This document shows, piece after piece, positions 49,780 to 59,994 of a stretch of 64,000 nucleotides of DNA (position 1 is its first letter; each line of letters begins with the position of its first letter). The stretch spans positions 1,376-65,375 of the forward strand of contig JANMBU010000056.1 of assembly GCA_031360575.1 (NCBI GenBank). The letters run 5' to 3'. The notes beneath the pieces are model-generated. The model did not search any database. It was not told where the DNA came from and was given only the letters and a program-made list of their open reading frames with translations. The stretch is from Gemmatimonadaceae bacterium. GTDB taxonomy: Bacteria; Gemmatimonadota; Gemmatimonadetes; Gemmatimonadales; Gemmatimonadaceae. Made by a program: the position numbers and the translations under genes.

Positions 49780-50607
49780 TCACTCTTGGCATCGCGCGCA
49801 AAAAACGGTGGATCGCCCATCGATCGCGTGGGTCGCGACCAGCCGCGCGCCGCAACGAGGGCAGGGAAGCCCGCCGCGTCCGTACACCGCGAGGCGGTCG
49901 CCGAAGCTGCCCTTGCCTCCGCTCGCATCGCGGTAATCGCGGAAGCTCGTCCCTCGCGCCGCAATCGATTCCTGAAGAACCGATACAACGCCACTCAAAA
50001 GATCGACCCCTTCCTTGTCGGACAGCGAGCGCGCCTCGCGCGACGGGTCGACTCCGGCGCGCCAGAGCGCTTCATTTGCGTAGATGTTGCCGATCCCAAC
50101 GATCACGCGCTGATCCATCAACACCTTCTTGACTGCCCGTCTCGATCCCCGAAGAAGACCCGATAATCGCTCGGCGGATAGCGTCGGGTCAAGTGGCTCG
50201 ACGCCCAACGCTCCGGCATACGCCGCAAACCGCGCAGGCGACATCAAGGTGACAGTGCCGAGGCGGCGGATATCGCGATAGTGAAGCAGGCGACCGTCGT
50301 CGAGGGAAAACGCGAGCGTCGAGAACTTCCGCTCGGCATCGGGGAGCGCGCCGGAATCGAGGAGTAGCGCGCCCGTGAAGCGTGGCTGGACGACGACCCG
50401 GTCTCCGGTGTCGAGATCGAGGACCACCAGCTTCGCCCGGCGCCAGACTGCCGTGACCGTGCGACCACGAACACGTTTCGCGAAGACTGCGGCTGTGACT
50501 TCGCGGAGGACGTCGCTCCGGGTGACCGTCAGGCTGACGATCGAACGGCCCGCGAGACTGGCGTTCAGGTCGCGAGCGATTGTCTCCGTCTCAGGAAGCT
50601 CCGGCAC
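49780..50607 (-). CDS. mutM: formamidopyrimidine-DNA glycosylase
   Basis: 275 aa with the N-terminal 'MPELPETE' and a C-terminal zinc finger 'CPRCG...CARCQ'. Confidence 0.93.
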   Translation of the reverse strand: MPELPETETIARDLNASLAGRSIVSLTVTRSDVLREVTAAVFAKRVRGRTVTAVWRRAKLVVLDLDTGDRVVVQPRFTGALLLDSGALPDAERKFSTLAFSLDDGRLLHYRDIRRLGTVTLMSPARFAAYAGALGVEPLDPTLSAERLSGLLRGSRRAVKKVLMDQRVIVGIGNIYANEALWRAGVDPSREARSLSDKEGVDLLSGVVSVLQESIAARGTSFRDYRDASGGKGSFGDRLAVYGRGGLPCPRCGARLVATHAIDGRSTVFCARCQE

Positions 50608-51877
50608 CGCGCCTCAATTCGCGCCACCCGATATCGCGGCGGAACTGCTTACCGTCGAGCTCCACGGCGGCGGCGTAGTCACGGCTCTTTCTTGCGGCGG
50701 TCGCGAGACTATCGGCAACTGCGGTGACTGCGAGCACGCGTCCTCCCGCGGAGATGAGCGCGCCGCTGGTTCCGAGCCGCGTCCCGGCATGGAAGACATG
50801 TACCCCGGGCGGCTCCGGCGGCAGCACGACCTCGGTTCCGGCGACGGGGGCTTCGGGGTATCCCGCCGCGGCGACGACGGTAGTCACCGCGTGTGACGGC
50901 TCCCATTCGATTGGCGCAACGCGCGACAGCGAATCCCCTTCGCCGACAGCGCAGATCAGCTCGAGAAGGCTGGATCGCATCAGCGGAAGAATCGCCTCTG
51001 TTTCGGGGTCTCCGAACCGGCAGTTGAATTCAACCACCTTCGGACCGGCGGGTGTCAGCATCAACCCGGCGTATAGCAGTCCGGTGAACGGGCGGCCGTG
51101 CTCCCGCAGTGCTGCCAGCGTCGGAGCAATCACCGCGGAGCACGCGATCGATACGGCCGTGTCGCTCCCGGCCGTCGCCGGAGCATATGATCCCATCCCG
51201 CCAGTGTTCGGTCCCGCATCCCCGTCGAGGAGCCGCTTATGATCCTGAGCCGGGAGCATGGGGAGGAACGATTCGCCGTCTGTGATCGCAAATAGCGACA
51301 GCTCTTCACCTTCCATGAACTCTTCAACGAGCAGGATTTCGCCAGCGGTGCCGAACGCTCCGTCTCGGAGCATCATGTCGATTGCGCCGTCTGCTTCCGC
51401 TATGCTCCCAGCGACGATCACGCCTTTTCCGGCGGCGAGGCCGCTTGCCTTGATCACGACCGGAATTCCAAACCGCCGCACGGCCGCTTTCGCGGCGGTG
51501 GGATCGCTGAAATGCTCCGCGCGGGCCGTGGGAACCCCAGCCCGGAGCATCAGCTCCTTGGAAAAACGCTTCGATGTCTCGATTTCGGCGGCCCGGCGCG
51601 TCGGACCGAAAACGGGTACGCCGGCTGCACGAAATACATCGACCAGTCCCGAGGCGAGCGGCGCCTCTGGCCCGACCAGCACGATGTCTACGTCTTCTGC
51701 CTTCGCCAGATCGAGCAGCGCGACAATATCGGTCGCCGCAACCGAGACGCAGCGGGCGAGGGTCGCAATTCCTGGGTTGCCCGGTGCGGCGATGATCTCG
51801 AGCGCTGGGTCGTCGCGGCGGAGCTTCCAGGCGAGTGCGTGTTCGCGTCCTCCGCCGCCGACGAGGAGCAGCTTCAC
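50591..51877 (-). CDS. purD: phosphoribosylamine-glycine ligase
   Basis: 428 aa beginning 'MKLLLVGGGGREHALAWKL', with an ATP-grasp core. Confidence 0.93.
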   Translation of the reverse strand: MKLLLVGGGGREHALAWKLRRDDPALEIIAAPGNPGIATLARCVSVAATDIVALLDLAKAEDVDIVLVGPEAPLASGLVDVFRAAGVPVFGPTRRAAEIETSKRFSKELMLRAGVPTARAEHFSDPTAAKAAVRRFGIPVVIKASGLAAGKGVIVAGSIAEADGAIDMMLRDGAFGTAGEILLVEEFMEGEELSLFAITDGESFLPMLPAQDHKRLLDGDAGPNTGGMGSYAPATAGSDTAVSIACSAVIAPTLAALREHGRPFTGLLYAGLMLTPAGPKVVEFNCRFGDPETEAILPLMRSSLLELICAVGEGDSLSRVAPIEWEPSHAVTTVVAAAGYPEAPVAGTEVVLPPEPPGVHVFHAGTRLGTSGALISAGGRVLAVTAVADSLATAARKSRDYAAAVELDGKQFRRDIGWRELRRGAGAS

Positions 51878-52869
51878 TCTCGCCGGGTCCTTCGATCGTT
51901 GAATGCGTCGCGCGCCCGCCCAAGGACGTCGGTCACCGTGGCCATCGCGTCCTGCGCCTGACGGCGGTAGTAGTCGCCGGCGTCGGCGTAATCCTCAGCC
52001 AACGGTCGCGACTCATCGCCGCGACGCTGATACTCGCCGCGGAGGATCCGGTCGTACTCCCCCGACATCACCCAGCGCTGCAATTCCGCGGCGCGCACCG
52101 TCGCGAACGGGTGGGTACGGAAGGCCGTGTTGAGGATCTTCCAGACATGATCGCCGATGTCGCCCTGCTGCTCGTATTCCGCAGCCTGGACGAGGAATGC
52201 ATCGAGGTCCACCTGGTCATCGTAGCGCGGGCCCCCAGCGAGCTTGAGGTACACGCTCATCGTGGAGCGAGGATCCTGCGAGCCAAGCAGCGCCGCCCGA
52301 TCGGCGGAGAACTCTGCCTTGCGGTACCACTCGAACAGCGCGAGCTCGATGGGCAAGAGCGCCATTCCGGCAAGCCACGGCAGGAAGCGCGTCCCGACAA
52401 GGAGAAAGAGAAGTGCGAGCGTCGTGTAAACCGCGTGGCCGCTCATCGCATGCCCCACTTCGTGCGCGAGGATCGCGCGCCGCTCCTCGGGCTCGAGCAG
52501 TTCGATCATCGAGGAGTTCACGACGATGAATGGCTTGTCGAAGCCGATGCAGTACGCGTTCACCTCAGGATTCTGCGAGACGTAGAGCTCGTAGCGCATC
52601 GGGGCGTCGAGCGTGGCGAGCACCTCGGCATACATCGCATCGAGCGCAGGGCGCTGGGTGGGACCGACCTTGACCGCGTTGGCGAGAAAGATCTGGCGAA
52701 TTCCCTTCTCGCCAAGGACGGACAGCACCTTGCGAAGGACCTCGTCGAATCCGGGGAGGGATCGCAGCGTGTTCAACGCGGCGCGATCGGCAGGATGCTC
52801 CCAGGCGCGCGGGGAAATCTGACTGAGGGTCTGACGAGCGGGCACGGAATACTCCGGTGGAGGATTCAA
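51874..52869 (-). CDS. M48 family zinc metalloprotease
   Basis: 331 aa with 'ILAHEVGHAMSGH' (HExxH) followed by hydrophobic helices. Confidence 0.85.
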   Translation of the reverse strand: MNPPPEYSVPARQTLSQISPRAWEHPADRAALNTLRSLPGFDEVLRKVLSVLGEKGIRQIFLANAVKVGPTQRPALDAMYAEVLATLDAPMRYELYVSQNPEVNAYCIGFDKPFIVVNSSMIELLEPEERRAILAHEVGHAMSGHAVYTTLALLFLLVGTRFLPWLAGMALLPIELALFEWYRKAEFSADRAALLGSQDPRSTMSVYLKLAGGPRYDDQVDLDAFLVQAAEYEQQGDIGDHVWKILNTAFRTHPFATVRAAELQRWVMSGEYDRILRGEYQRRGDESRPLAEDYADAGDYYRRQAQDAMATVTDVLGRARDAFNDRRTRRE

Positions 52870-52906
52870 GCCGTACGTGCGAGCGACGGCGTTGTGTCGC
52901 AGAAGA

Positions 52907-54076
52907 TCAGAGTCCGGCCAGCGCTTGCTCGAGATCAGCGAGCAGGTCGCTCACGTCCTCGACGCCGCAGGAGAGCCTGACGATTCCGTCGGTGATTCCG
53001 AGTTCGGCCCGTCGCTCGGCGGGGACCGAGGCGTGAGTCATCATCGCCGGGTGTGAGATGAGCGACTCGACACCGCCTAACGATTCGGCAAGGGAGAAGA
53101 CCTTGACGCGTGAGAGAATCTTCGCCGCCCGTTCCCTGGTGCCGACGTCGATCGAGATCATCCCGCCAAATCCCGACATCTGCTTCTTGGCCAATGCGTG
53201 TTGCGGATGCGAGGCGAGTCCAGGGTAGATCACACGATCGGCGCCGAGTCGTTCGGCGAGCCACGTCGCGATGCGGCGGCCATTCTCGTCATGACGCGGC
53301 ATGCGAAGGTGCAGCGTCTTCGTGCCGCGCAGCGCAAGCCACGAATCGAATGGTCCCTGCACCGCGCCGGCCGCGTTGTGAATGAACTGCAGCCGCGCCG
53401 CGAGGTCGTCGTCCTTCACTACTGCGATCCCACCGATCATGTCGCTATGGCCATTCAGGTACTTCGTCGTCGAATGAAAGACGATGTGTGCGCCATGCTC
53501 GAACGGGCGCTGAAAGAACGGCGATGCGAAGGTGTTGTCGACGATCAGGTACGCCCCGGCACGCGTCGCGACGTGCGCCGCGGCAGCGAGGTCGGTGATA
53601 CGCATGAGCGGGTTCGTCGGCGTCTCGACAAGGATCGCAACGGTGCGCGCGGTCACGGCGTCGGCGATGCGCTGCGGATCGCGGGTGTCGACGTAGGTGA
53701 ACGACAATCCCATGTGCTGCAGGATGCGATCGAACAGGCGGAAGGTGCCGCCGTAGACGTTCTCGCCGCAGACGATGTGATCGCCCGATTTGAAGAGCTT
53801 CATGATCGAGTCGACGCAGGCAACGCCGCTGGCGAACGCGAAGCCATGATTCCCGCCTTCGAGCGCGGCGACATTTCGCTCGAGTGCCTCACGCGTCGGG
53901 TTCTTCCCCCGGGCGTACTCGTAGCCCTTGTTCTCGCCGAGACCGTCCTGCACATAGGTCGACGTGAGATAGACCGGGGTCATGATTGCACCGGCGAGCG
54001 GTTCAGGCCGCTGACCGGCGTGAATGGCCCGGGTACCAAAACCTGCTGCAAGATCGTCTTCGAAGACGCGGGTCAT
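52907..54076 (-). CDS. Cys/Met-metabolism PLP enzyme (cystathionine gamma-synthase / gamma- or beta-lyase family)
   Basis: 389 aa with 'YEYARGKNPTR' and the PLP-lysine block 'HSTTKYLNGHSD'. Confidence 0.88.
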   Translation of the reverse strand: MTRVFEDDLAAGFGTRAIHAGQRPEPLAGAIMTPVYLTSTYVQDGLGENKGYEYARGKNPTREALERNVAALEGGNHGFAFASGVACVDSIMKLFKSGDHIVCGENVYGGTFRLFDRILQHMGLSFTYVDTRDPQRIADAVTARTVAILVETPTNPLMRITDLAAAAHVATRAGAYLIVDNTFASPFFQRPFEHGAHIVFHSTTKYLNGHSDMIGGIAVVKDDDLAARLQFIHNAAGAVQGPFDSWLALRGTKTLHLRMPRHDENGRRIATWLAERLGADRVIYPGLASHPQHALAKKQMSGFGGMISIDVGTRERAAKILSRVKVFSLAESLGGVESLISHPAMMTHASVPAERRAELGITDGIVRLSCGVEDVSDLLADLEQALAGL

Positions 54077-54183
54077 GCCGATACTCTGTGAAGGTTGACC
54101 GGAAAGCTAACGCCGCCGCCGAGTCGCGGGGGGAGAATGCCGACGTTCTCGAAGTGGATACATGTGAAGGCAGGAGTTGATCG

Positions 54184-55239
54184 ATGACGCTGAACACCCG
54201 CGCGATGGCGAGTGAGTCACCGCGCTGTCTCGTCGTGGATGATGAGCCGCGGTTGCGACAGGTGCTCGTGCACCTGATGCAAAACGACGGATTTTCATGT
54301 CGCGAGGCGGGGAACGGCGCCGAGGCGTTGGAGGTGCTGCAGCGCGAATCAATCCCGCTGGTCCTGTCGGACCTGCGGATGCCGCAGATCGATGGCATCG
54401 AGTTGCTGCGTCAGACGCGCGCGCGCTATCCCGACACCGCAGTGGTGATGATCACCGCGGTCGCCGACGTGGAAGTCGCGGTGAGCTGTCTTGCCATGGG
54501 CGCGATGGATTACCTGACAAAGCCGTTTCATCTCGAGGAGGTGCGAGCGCGCGTTTCGCAGGCTCTGGAGAAGCGGCGGCTGATCCTCGAGAACCGCGAC
54601 TATCAGGATCGGCTCGAGGAGCGGGTGGCGGCGCAGGCACGCCGACTCGAGGACCTGTTCCTGGCGAGCGTGCAGTCGCTCGCCGAAGCTCTCGAAGTCA
54701 AGGATCCGTACACCAGCGGACACTCGATACGGGTGAGCCATTTCTCATCGGCGATTGCGCGGGTGATGGACCTCGACACGCAGGTGGTGCGGCAGATCGA
54801 ACTCGGCGGCCAGGTTCACGACATCGGAAAGATCGGCGTGCGCGAGGCGGTGCTGAACAAGCCGGGACCGCTGACGGAAGAGGAGTACGCGCACATCATG
54901 ACGCACATGACAGTGGGCTGGCGCATCCTCGCGCCCCTGCTCGGCGACGCTCCACTCTCGTTGAGCATCGTGCGCTCACATCACGAGCGCTGGGACGGAC
55001 GCGGGATGCCTGACGGTCTGGTCGGCGGAGCGATTCCCCTCGAGGCGCGGATCACCGCGGTGGCCGATTCGTACGACGCGATGACGAGCGGACGACCCTA
55101 TCGCGTCGCACAGCTCACCGCGGCGCAAGCGCTCGACGAGGTGCGAGCGAACAGCGGGACGCAATTCGATCCCGCCGTCGTCCAGGCGTTTCTCCAGGCG
55201 GTGGACGGCGGTGGGATCCCGGCGCCGGGCGTCGCCTGA
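54184..55239 (+). CDS. response regulator with HD-GYP-type domain
   Basis: The receiver domain has 'LVVDDE...' and 'LSDLRMPQIDG'. The HD domain has 'HSIRVS', 'HDIGKIGV' and 'HHERWDGRGMPDGL' (GMP in place of GYP). Confidence 0.85.
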   Translation: MTLNTRAMASESPRCLVVDDEPRLRQVLVHLMQNDGFSCREAGNGAEALEVLQRESIPLVLSDLRMPQIDGIELLRQTRARYPDTAVVMITAVADVEVAVSCLAMGAMDYLTKPFHLEEVRARVSQALEKRRLILENRDYQDRLEERVAAQARRLEDLFLASVQSLAEALEVKDPYTSGHSIRVSHFSSAIARVMDLDTQVVRQIELGGQVHDIGKIGVREAVLNKPGPLTEEEYAHIMTHMTVGWRILAPLLGDAPLSLSIVRSHHERWDGRGMPDGLVGGAIPLEARITAVADSYDAMTSGRPYRVAQLTAAQALDEVRANSGTQFDPAVVQAFLQAVDGGGIPAPGVA

Positions 55240-55248
55240 CGGGGAGAG

Positions 55249-56691
55249 TCAGGGGCTCACTTCGATGGTGGCGGGCTGTTTGTAGGCGCTGAGGCGACGC
55301 TCGCACCAGGCGCGAACTTGCTCTTGGGTAACCGACCCCCGCACACTGAGCGCGATGTCATTTTCGCGGAGTTGATCGGGGAATGCTGCGACGGCGGCCG
55401 ATCGCACTCCGGGAAGCTCGCGGACAGCCGCTTCGATCTCGCGCGGGTAGATGTTGAAGCCGTTCCTCGTGAACATCGCCTTGGCCAGTCCGCGAAAGGC
55501 GACCGACCCATCGGCGCATCGCGCGCCAAGATCTCCCGTGCGGAGCCATCCATCGCGGACATCCAGCCCGGCGGGGGGCGGAGCGCCGGGGGCCTGGACA
55601 TAACCGGCAAATACCGTATCACCGCGGACGCAGATCTCGCCGGTGGTCCCATCTGGAACGGTCGCGAAACTCGACTGGTCGCGAATCACGACCTCGACGC
55701 CCGGGTATGGCGTCCCTAACGCTCCACGAACGTTAGGGAGCAAGATCGCATTGAACAGCGCCACCGGTGAGGCCTCGGTCAGCCCGTAGCCCTGTCGCAG
55801 CTCGATGCCGGTCGCGTCGAACCAGCGGTCCTGCACCTCGGTACGCAACACGGCGCCGCCGCAGATGGCGAGTCGCAGAGTGCCCGGAGCGAGGCCGCGA
55901 CCGCGTCGCTCCATGGCGGCGAGCAACGCGACGAACATCGCTGGGACGCCGACGAAGAGCGACGAGCGTTCTCCCTCGAGCGACTCGAGCGCTGTCAGGG
56001 GGTTGAACCGGGGCATCGTCGTGATGCGCGTGCCGGCAAGCAGCGGCGCAACGCCGCTGACGACCAGACCGAACAGATGCGAGTAGGGGAGCGCCGCAAG
56101 TACGTGTTCAGAACCAGTAAACGCGGCAGCAGCGATCGTCGCACGGCTGTTCGCGAGCAGGTTGCGGTGCGTGAGGATGGCACCGAGGGGCCGGCCCCGC
56201 ATCGCTGACGTGTAGACGATGACCGCTTCCTCGGGAGACCCAGCCGCGTCTGGATCGCCCTCGACATCGAATGCGTAGTGGGAGCCGAGGTCGATGCTGC
56301 GACTGGTCCCGCCGATTGCGACGGTCGCCCGCCGGGGCGCCTCGTCGAGAAGTACGCGCGGGATCTCGGGCGGAAGCTGCGGCGCGAGCTCGGCGATGGT
56401 GAACACTGCGCCGACGTTTGCGTCGGAGAGCTGATACGCCAGCTCCGGTGGCGCGGCGAGAGGATTCATCAGCACGGCGCCGCGACCCTCGCTCGCGGCG
56501 AGCGCGATGAGGAAGGCGGGCGACGTGGGAAGAAGGAGAGCGGATCGCTTGCCGGCGAGCGCGCGGACGAGCGGCGCCGAGCGCTGGAGAAGCGTTAGGC
56601 CGGCGGCGACAAGGGTCGGCGCGGGAATACCGTCGATCGAGCCGCCGCGCGATGCCGCGGCGAGAGGGAGCAGCGCGAGGGGGTCGGTCAC
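55249..56691 (-). CDS. AMP-dependent acyl-CoA synthetase/ligase
   Basis: 480 aa with 'YTSAMRGRPLGA' (a degenerate AMP motif), 'GYGLTE' and 'LRTGDLG'. Confidence 0.8.
   Translation of the reverse strand: MTDPLALLPLAAASRGGSIDGIPAPTLVAAGLTLLQRSAPLVRALAGKRSALLLPTSPAFLIALAASEGRGAVLMNPLAAPPELAYQLSDANVGAVFTIAELAPQLPPEIPRVLLDEAPRRATVAIGGTSRSIDLGSHYAFDVEGDPDAAGSPEEAVIVYTSAMRGRPLGAILTHRNLLANSRATIAAAAFTGSEHVLAALPYSHLFGLVVSGVAPLLAGTRITTMPRFNPLTALESLEGERSSLFVGVPAMFVALLAAMERRGRGLAPGTLRLAICGGAVLRTEVQDRWFDATGIELRQGYGLTEASPVALFNAILLPNVRGALGTPYPGVEVVIRDQSSFATVPDGTTGEICVRGDTVFAGYVQAPGAPPPAGLDVRDGWLRTGDLGARCADGSVAFRGLAKAMFTRNGFNIYPREIEAAVRELPGVRSAAVAAFPDQLRENDIALSVRGSVTQEQVRAWCERRLSAYKQPATIEVSP
55713..55739. 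repeat. inverted pair of the genome-wide word (TCCCTAACG-n9-CGTTAGGGA) inside the acyl-CoA ligase CDS
   Basis: Read directly: 9-bp perfect arms at 55713-55721 and 55731-55739 with a 9-nt spacer. The element encodes ...PNVRGALG.... Confidence 0.9.
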
Positions 56692-56707
56692 CGCCGGAAG
56701 TTAGCGG

Positions 56708-58543
56708 TCAGATCTCGAAACGGGACATCGCCGACTTGAGGCGCGACGCGATCTCGGCGAGATGCTGGCTCGACTCGGTCACATGCGTCATCGATGCGGT
56801 CTGCTCCTGCACGACGGCGCTGACCTCTTCGGAGGTTGAGGCATTGGTCTCGGCGACAGTCGCAATGGCTTCGATTTCGCGCGCCAGACCCTCTGCCTCG
56901 CCGCGCTGCGATTCGGCGGCGCCGACGATCTGGGCCACTGCACGCCGGCTCTCGTCGATCTCGCGGCCGATCTGGGTGAGTGCGGCGGCCGATGCGCGAA
57001 TGACCTCCGCCCCGTTGTTCACGCGCTCACTGACCTGCGTGATGCGCTCGCCGGTGCGGACGGATGCGGTGCGCATCTCGCCGGCGAGCTTGCGGATCGT
57101 GTCGAGCGCGCGGGCGGTCTCACCGGCGAGCTTGCGCACTTCGTCGGCGACGACGGCGAAGCCCTTGCCATGCTCGCCGGCGCGCGCCGCTTCGATGGCT
57201 GCGTTGAGGGCGAGCAGGTTGGTTTGGCGGGCGATTGCGGCAATGGTGTCGGCGACCTTGCCGATACGCTGCGACTTTTCCCCAAGCTCCTCGACGGCGG
57301 GTACCGTTTCGTTGGTGACCTCGGTAATCGCACCCATGCTCTCGAGCGCTTCCTGCGCCGACGCGACGCCGCGCTGCGCGGAGAGCGTCATCGTGTCCGC
57401 CGCCGCCTGCGCGGCGCGCGCGTGCTCGACGGTTTCCATCGCGCGCTCGACGACGCGTGAGGACGCGCCGACGATCTTGCTGATGCCTTCCGTCTGGATG
57501 GCGGCGGATTCGGCGATCGAGTGCGCGGCAGCGGCGACTTCCTCGGTCGATGCGCTCATCTGCTGTGCGCCGGAGGCGAGTTCCTCGGCGGTGGCGGCAA
57601 CTTCGGTGGCGCCGACCTCCAGGTCGCGCACGAGGTCAGCGAGGCTGTGCGTCATTCGTCGAAAGGACTCGGCGAGCGATCCGATTTCGTCGTTGCCACG
57701 GAAGGCGAGGTCATGGCGCAACTGGCCGCGAGCGACAGCCTCGGCGTGTTCGGCGACCATCTCGACGCCGCGCGTTAGGCGGCGGGCGGCGAGATCGGCA
57801 CCGAACAGGACGAGGATGAGCGCAAGCGCGGGGTACACGGCGAACTTGACGAGCCGGTCGCGGAAGTTGGCGACGATGTCGTCGGTGCGCATCATGGTCA
57901 CGACAAAGCCGGCGGGGCTACCGCCGACGCGAGTGACCGGCGCGGCGGCGATGACCATCGTCCCGACAATACTGTCGGTAACCTGACTCCACGCGGCACG
58001 CCCGCGAGCCATCGAGTCGGCGAGCTCGGGAGGCGGCGTCCAGCGACGGTTGTACTGAGGCTGGCCGGCATTCCATGACGAATGGACGAGGTACCGGTAG
58101 CGCCCCCCCTCGCGCCGGAGCACGGCAAGGCCATTCGCGAGTTGACTGACGTCGCCGCCATTGGCAGCCCAGAGCCGCTTGAGCATCGATCGGCCGAACG
58201 CGAAGGCCGACCCATCACGGCCATCGGGATTGGCGATCGCGTCGAGCGTGTCGGCGGGCAGCATCGCTGCGGTGGTGCGCGCGATGGCGAGCAGGCGGCG
58301 GCCGTGCGCATCGGACAGCTCCTGCTCCGACGAGCGGTACAACGGCACGAGAACGAGGACCAAGGTCACGAGCACCGCGCCGGCGCTGAGGAACGCGAGC
58401 TTGGCGCGGAACGACCAGGTAGTTGACCGGCGGGCGTGCTGCACGAAGAGAAGGGTCGTTCGAGGAGGACTGCAGCGGAAAGACGCCGTGCTGGGGGGTG
58501 AAGTAAAACCCTCGAGGCGCAGCGCAGGGGTGCCCGCAGGCAC
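56708..58543 (-). CDS. methyl-accepting chemotaxis protein
   Basis: Has a TM helix, a periplasmic sensor region, a second TM helix and HAMP, plus the signalling domain '[37 protein letters not shown]'. The start is uncertain (GTG 58543 or GTG 58444). Confidence 0.88.
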   Translation of the reverse strand: MPAGTPALRLEGFTSPPSTASFRCSPPRTTLLFVQHARRSTTWSFRAKLAFLSAGAVLVTLVLVLVPLYRSSEQELSDAHGRRLLAIARTTAAMLPADTLDAIANPDGRDGSAFAFGRSMLKRLWAANGGDVSQLANGLAVLRREGGRYRYLVHSSWNAGQPQYNRRWTPPPELADSMARGRAAWSQVTDSIVGTMVIAAAPVTRVGGSPAGFVVTMMRTDDIVANFRDRLVKFAVYPALALILVLFGADLAARRLTRGVEMVAEHAEAVARGQLRHDLAFRGNDEIGSLAESFRRMTHSLADLVRDLEVGATEVAATAEELASGAQQMSASTEEVAAAAHSIAESAAIQTEGISKIVGASSRVVERAMETVEHARAAQAAADTMTLSAQRGVASAQEALESMGAITEVTNETVPAVEELGEKSQRIGKVADTIAAIARQTNLLALNAAIEAARAGEHGKGFAVVADEVRKLAGETARALDTIRKLAGEMRTASVRTGERITQVSERVNNGAEVIRASAAALTQIGREIDESRRAVAQIVGAAESQRGEAEGLAREIEAIATVAETNASTSEEVSAVVQEQTASMTHVTESSQHLAEIASRLKSAMSRFEI

Positions 58544-58593
58544 GCCGAGGGGCGATAATTAGCGGGCGGGCGAACCGGCGAACGGAGGCGGCG

Positions 58594-59961
58594 ATGTACG
58601 AGGGGTTGATGGTCAGCGTTTCTGGAGTGCGGGGACGCGTCGGCGACGCGTTGACTCCGGAGATCGTGGCGAAGTTCGCGTCCGCCTTTGGCGCATGGGC
58701 GCTGGCGCCGGGGCGGTCGAAGCTCGTCGTCGTCGGTCGCGACAGCCGCGTCTCCGGACCGATGTTTCACCGGATCGTCACCGGCGCGCTGCAGTCCGTA
58801 GGGGCGACGGTAATCGACATCGGCATGTCGACGACTCCGACGACCCAGATGGCCGTCGAGCACCATCACGCGGCCGGTGGGCTCATGATCTCGGCGAGCC
58901 ACAACCCGATCGAGTGGAATGCGCTGAAGATGATCGGACCGAGCGGGCTGTTCCTCGACGCGATCGAGGGCGCGGCGATGCGCGAGCTGATGGAAGCAGG
59001 GCCGATTCGCGCGAAGTGGAACGAACTTGGGGAAGTGGTGGCGGACGACGAGGCGATCAACCGGCATGTGGACGCCGTGCTGGCGCTGCCCTTCATCGAC
59101 TTCGCCATGATCCGCGCGCGGAAGTTCAGAGTGGCATTCGACCCGTGCCGAGGCGCTGGGGCGGCGATCGTTCCGCAGCTGCTCGAATGGTTCGGTTGTA
59201 CCGTGTCGACGATCAACCTCGAGCCCGACGGGCGGTTTCCGCGCCCGCCGGAGCCGATCCCGGAAAATCTCGGGGAGCTTGAGCGGCTGGTGCGCGAGAG
59301 CGGCGCCGACATCGGCCTGGCGGTAGACCCTGACGTCGATCGGTTGGCGCTGGTCGACGAGACGGGACGCGCCATCGGCGAGGACTACACGCTTGCGCTG
59401 GCGGCAAAGCTCGTGCTTCGCTACCGGAAAGGTCCGGTGGTGATCAATCTCTCGACGAGCCGGGTGGTGGACGACGTGGCGCTGGCGGCTGGGGCGCCGG
59501 TCATCCGCGCGCCGGTCGGGGAGGTGAACGTCGCGCTCCGGATGCGCGCCGAGCGCGCCGCGATCGGCGGCGAGGGAAACGGTGGGGTCATCCTCCCCGA
59601 ACTCCATCTCGGACGCGATGCGCCGTTAGGCATCGCGATCATCCTGCAACTGATGGCCGACGAAGGGCGGCCGCTCTCGGCGATCGTGGCCGACCATCCG
59701 CGCTACACGATCGTGAAGGACAAGCTCGATCGGCCGGACGCCGCACTGACGACGGTCTACGAAGCGCTGCGCGTCGCGTTTCCCGACGCTGAGGCGGACA
59801 TGCAGGACGGATTGCGGCTGGCGTGGCCCGATCGCTGGGTCCACATTCGGCCATCAGGAACGGAACCCATCGTGCGAGTGATCGCCGAGGCGCCGACCGC
59901 GGCGGAAGCAAAGGACCTCGTCGCGCGGTCCCGGGTACCGCTCGACGCGCTCGGACGTTGA
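58594..59961 (+). CDS. phosphohexomutase (phosphoglucosamine mutase / phosphomannomutase family; GlmM role plausible from adjacency to glmS)
   Basis: 455 aa with the active-site 'SASHNPIEWNALK' and the Mg loop 'AVDPDVDR'. Confidence 0.85.
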   Translation: MYEGLMVSVSGVRGRVGDALTPEIVAKFASAFGAWALAPGRSKLVVVGRDSRVSGPMFHRIVTGALQSVGATVIDIGMSTTPTTQMAVEHHHAAGGLMISASHNPIEWNALKMIGPSGLFLDAIEGAAMRELMEAGPIRAKWNELGEVVADDEAINRHVDAVLALPFIDFAMIRARKFRVAFDPCRGAGAAIVPQLLEWFGCTVSTINLEPDGRFPRPPEPIPENLGELERLVRESGADIGLAVDPDVDRLALVDETGRAIGEDYTLALAAKLVLRYRKGPVVINLSTSRVVDDVALAAGAPVIRAPVGEVNVALRMRAERAAIGGEGNGGVILPELHLGRDAPLGIAIILQLMADEGRPLSAIVADHPRYTIVKDKLDRPDAALTTVYEALRVAFPDAEADMQDGLRLAWPDRWVHIRPSGTEPIVRVIAEAPTAAEAKDLVARSRVPLDALGR

Positions 59962-59994
59962 TCGGGCGCGAGACATCAGGAGCCAAGGAAGATC

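Noticed and set aside
56652-57986. 444-aa plus-strand Ser/Ala-rich ORF, with similar shadows at 58366..59607 (minus), 19192..20598 (minus), 36826..38079 (minus), 51835..52980 (plus), 53198..54091 (plus), 60085..60912 (minus) and 6084..7151 (minus)
   Set aside because: Each lies antisense to a confidently identified gene (MCP, GlmM-like, Fe-S oxidoreductase, permease, M48, PLP enzyme, GlmS, HmgA). The compositions are those of GC-rich antisense frames.
59962-59994. Possible glmS ribozyme upstream of glmS
   Set aside because: Only 33 nt separate the GlmM-like gene from glmS, which is far too short for the ribozyme. The genes look co-transcribed.
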